Origin: Eledone cirrhosa
Taxonomy: Eukaryota
Length of the DNA: 64,000 bases
Assembly (NCBI GenBank): GCA_964016885.1
Contig: CAXHJY010000161.1
Location: forward strand, 62,001 to 126,000
Reading direction: 5' to 3'
The notes beneath the pieces are model-generated. The model had not been told where the DNA came from and made no database searches. It saw only the letters and a program-made list of their open reading frames with translations. The translations under genes were made by a program, and so were the position numbers. Shown here in pieces: positions 61,490 through 64,000 of the stretch; within the stretch, counting starts at the first letter, position 1; each line of letters starts with the position of its first letter.

Positions 61490-63250
61490 GCACTGACACA
61501 GAAAACAGCAACAACAGCAACAACAACCGTGGCACTGACACAGAAAACAGCAACAACAGCAACAATAACACTGGCACTGGCACAGAAAACAGCAACAGCA
61601 ACACTGGAACTGACACAGAAAACAGCAACAGTAACAACAACAACACTGGCACTGACAAAGAAAACAGCAACAACAACAACACTGGCACTGACACAGAAAA
61701 CAGCAACAACAACAACACTGGCACTGACAGTGAAAATAGCAACAGCAACAACACTGGCACTGACAGAGAAAACAGCAACAACAACAACACTGGCACTGAC
61801 ACAGAAAACAGCAACAACTACAACAACACTGGCACTGACAGAGAAAGCAGCAACAACTACAACAACACTGGCACTGACAGAGAAAACAGCAACAGCAACA
61901 ACACTGGCACTGACACAGAAAACAGCAACAACTACAACAACACTGGCACTAACACAGAAAACAGCAACAACTACAACATCACTGGCACTGACAGAGAAAA
62001 CAGCAACAGCAACAACACTGGCACTGACAGTGAAAATAGCAACAACAACAACACTGGCATTGACACAGAAAACAGCAACAACAACAACACTGGCACTGAC
62101 ACAGAAAACAGCAACAACTACAACAACACTGGCACTGACAGAGAAAACAGCAACAACTACAACACTGGCACTGACAGAGAAAACAGCAACAACAACAGCA
62201 ACACTGGCACTGACAGAGAAAACAGCAACAACTACAACAACACTGGCACTGACACAAAAAACAGCAACAACTACAACAACACTGGCACTGACAGAGAAAA
62301 CAGCAACAACTACAACAACACTGGCACTGACAGAGAAAACAGCAACAACAACAACACTGGCACTGACACAGAAAACAGCAACAACAGCAACAACAACCGT
62401 GGCACTGACACAGAAAACAGCAACAACAGCAACAATAACACTGGCACTGGCACAGAAAACAGCAACAGCAACACTGGAACTGACACAGAAAACAGCAACA
62501 GTAACAACAACAACACTGGCACTGACAAAGAAAACAGCAACAACAACAACACTGGCACTGACACAGAAAACAGCAACAACAACAACACTGGCACTGACAG
62601 TGAAAATAGCAACAGCAACAACACTGGCACTGACAGAGAAAACAGCAACAACAACAACACTGGCACTGACACAGAAAACAGCAACAACTACAACAACACT
62701 GGCACTGACAGAGAAAGCAGCAACAACTACAACAACACTGGCAATGACAGAGAAAACAGCAACAGCAACAACACTGGCACTGACACAGAAAACAGCAACA
62801 ACTACAACAACACTGGCACTAACACAGAAAACAGCAACAACTACAACATCACTGGCACTGACAGAGAAAACAGCAACAGCAACAACACTGGCACTGACAG
62901 TGAAAATAGCAACAACAACAACACTGGCACTGACACAGAAAACAGCAACAACAACAACACTGGCACTGACACAGAAAACAGCAACAACTACAACAACACT
63001 GGCACTGACAGAGAAAACAGCAACAACTACAACACTGGCACTGACAGAGAAAACAGCAACAACAACAGCAACACTGGCACTGACAGAGAAAACAGCAACA
63101 ACTACAACAACACTGGCACTGACACAAAAAACAGCAACAACTACAACAACACTGGCACTGACAGAGAAAACAGCAACAACTACAACAACACTGGCACTGA
63201 CAGAGAAAACAGCAACAACAACAACACTGGCACTGACACAGAAAACAGCA
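61490..63250 (+). repeat. 870-bp tandem duplication
   Basis: ORFs 61979/62849 and ORF ends 61817/62687 are offset by 870. The CCGTGG...GGAACT...GTAAC...GACAAAG cassette repeats at ~61528/62398. Confidence 0.88.
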
Positions 63251-64000
63251 ACAACTACAACAACACTGGCACTGACAGAGAAAACAGCAACAAATACAAC
63301 AACACTGACACTGACAGAGAAAACAGCAACAACTACAACAACACTGGCACTGACACAGTAAACAGCAACAACTACAACAACACTGGCACTGACACAGAAA
63401 ACAGCAACAACTACAACAACACTGGCACTGACAGAGAAAACAGCAACAACTACAACAACACTGGCACTGACAGAGAAAACAGCAACAACAACAACACTGG
63501 CACTGACACAGAAAACAGCAACAACTACAACAATACTGGCACTGACAGTGAAAATAGCAACAACAACACTGGCACTGACACAGAAAACAGCAACAACAAC
63601 AACACTGGCACTGACACAGAAAACAGCAACAACTACAACAACACTGGCACTAACACAGAAAACAGCAACAACTACAACATCACTGGCACTGACAGAGAAA
63701 ACAGCAACAGCAACAACACTGGCACTGACAGTGAAAATAGCAACGACAACAACACTGGCACTAACACAGAAAACAGCAACAACAACAACACTGGCACTGA
63801 CACAGAAAACAGCAACAACTACAACAACACTGGCACTGACAGAAAAAACAGCAACAACTACAACACTGGCACTGACAGAGAAAACAGCAGCAACAACAAC
63901 AACACTGGCACTGACAAAGAAAACAGCAACAACAACAACACTGGCACTGACACAGAAAACAGCAACAACAGCAACAATAACACTGGAACTGACACAGAAA

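Larger units (their letters stand above)
1..64000 (+). repeat. Tandem satellite/minisatellite array. Monomer ACTGGCACTGACA[C/G]AGAAAACAGC(AAC/TAC)n, 33/36/39 bp, head-to-tail, extending beyond both window ends
   Basis: The core ACTGGCACTGACA(C/G)AGAAAACAGC recurs every 30-42 bp from the first line to the last, with no intervening unique DNA and no inversion. The 39-mer consensus ACTGGCACTGACACAGAAAACAGCAACAACTACAACAAC has A19 C12 G5 T3. Confidence 0.99.
43300..64000 (+). repeat. Right sub-domain with a ~5.6-kb higher-order unit (offsets 7,952 and 5,585 bp), marked by GACAAGTAAAC
   Basis: GACAAGTAAAC at 44977, 52929 and 58514. ORFs 45007/52959/58544 and 46166/54154/59739 are near-identical. 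Shared variants include CAGGAAC, GAAATAAC, GAATAC, GAAAAGAGC and ACACAAAAAAC. Confidence 0.9.

Noticed and set aside
1-64000. CRISPR array (constant ~24-bp repeat with variable intervening sequence)
   Set aside because: The intervening parts are 6-18-bp AAC tracts, not unique 25-45-bp spacers. The repeat is not palindromic and there is no leader or cas gene.
1-64000. miRNA-sponge or transcription-factor array (AACACTGG matches the miR-199-5p seed; TGGCA is an NFI half-site)
   Set aside because: A 5-8-nt match to some known motif is expected by chance in any 39-mer. The host and transcription status are unknown.
1-64000. Canonical telomerase-type telomeric repeat or G-quadruplex array
   Set aside because: There is no TTAGG/TTAGGG-like unit or G3 run, and the variable unit length with kb-scale higher-order structure indicates recombination-based amplification.
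1-64000. Embedded transposon, inversion, tRNA/rRNA or unique island
   Set aside because: None was seen on reading the whole window. Every segment fits the monomer in one orientation.

Overview
The whole 64-kb window is one uninterrupted, single-orientation tandem array (satellite or very large minisatellite) that runs off both ends. Monomer consensus: ACTGGC-ACTGAC-A[C/G]AGAAAAC-AGC-(AAC/TAC)n, mostly 39, 36 or 33 bp; about 1,700 copies, estimated from a mean length near 37 bp. I see no unique sequence, recognisable gene, RNA gene, transposon or CRISPR array. The long ORFs (Thr-rich LALT[Q/E]KTATTTTT, Asn-rich TGTD[T/R]ENSNNYNN, Val-, Cys- or Leu-rich on the minus strand) follow from a monomer length divisible by 3 and few stop codons, and are most likely not genes. 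The real information lies in the variant monomers. They show nested higher-order duplications (347, 374, 384, 870, 2406, 4195, 4896, 5043, 5585 and 7952 bp offsets) and three sub-domains with different diagnostic variants. In the central domain, eight paired +1/-1 frameshifts switch one continuous reading frame between Thr-rich and Asn-rich blocks and bypass a stop-codon variant each time. The host is probably eukaryotic, but the organism cannot be determined from this sequence. Coordinates were read by eye or taken from offsets in the ORF track, so block boundaries are approximate.
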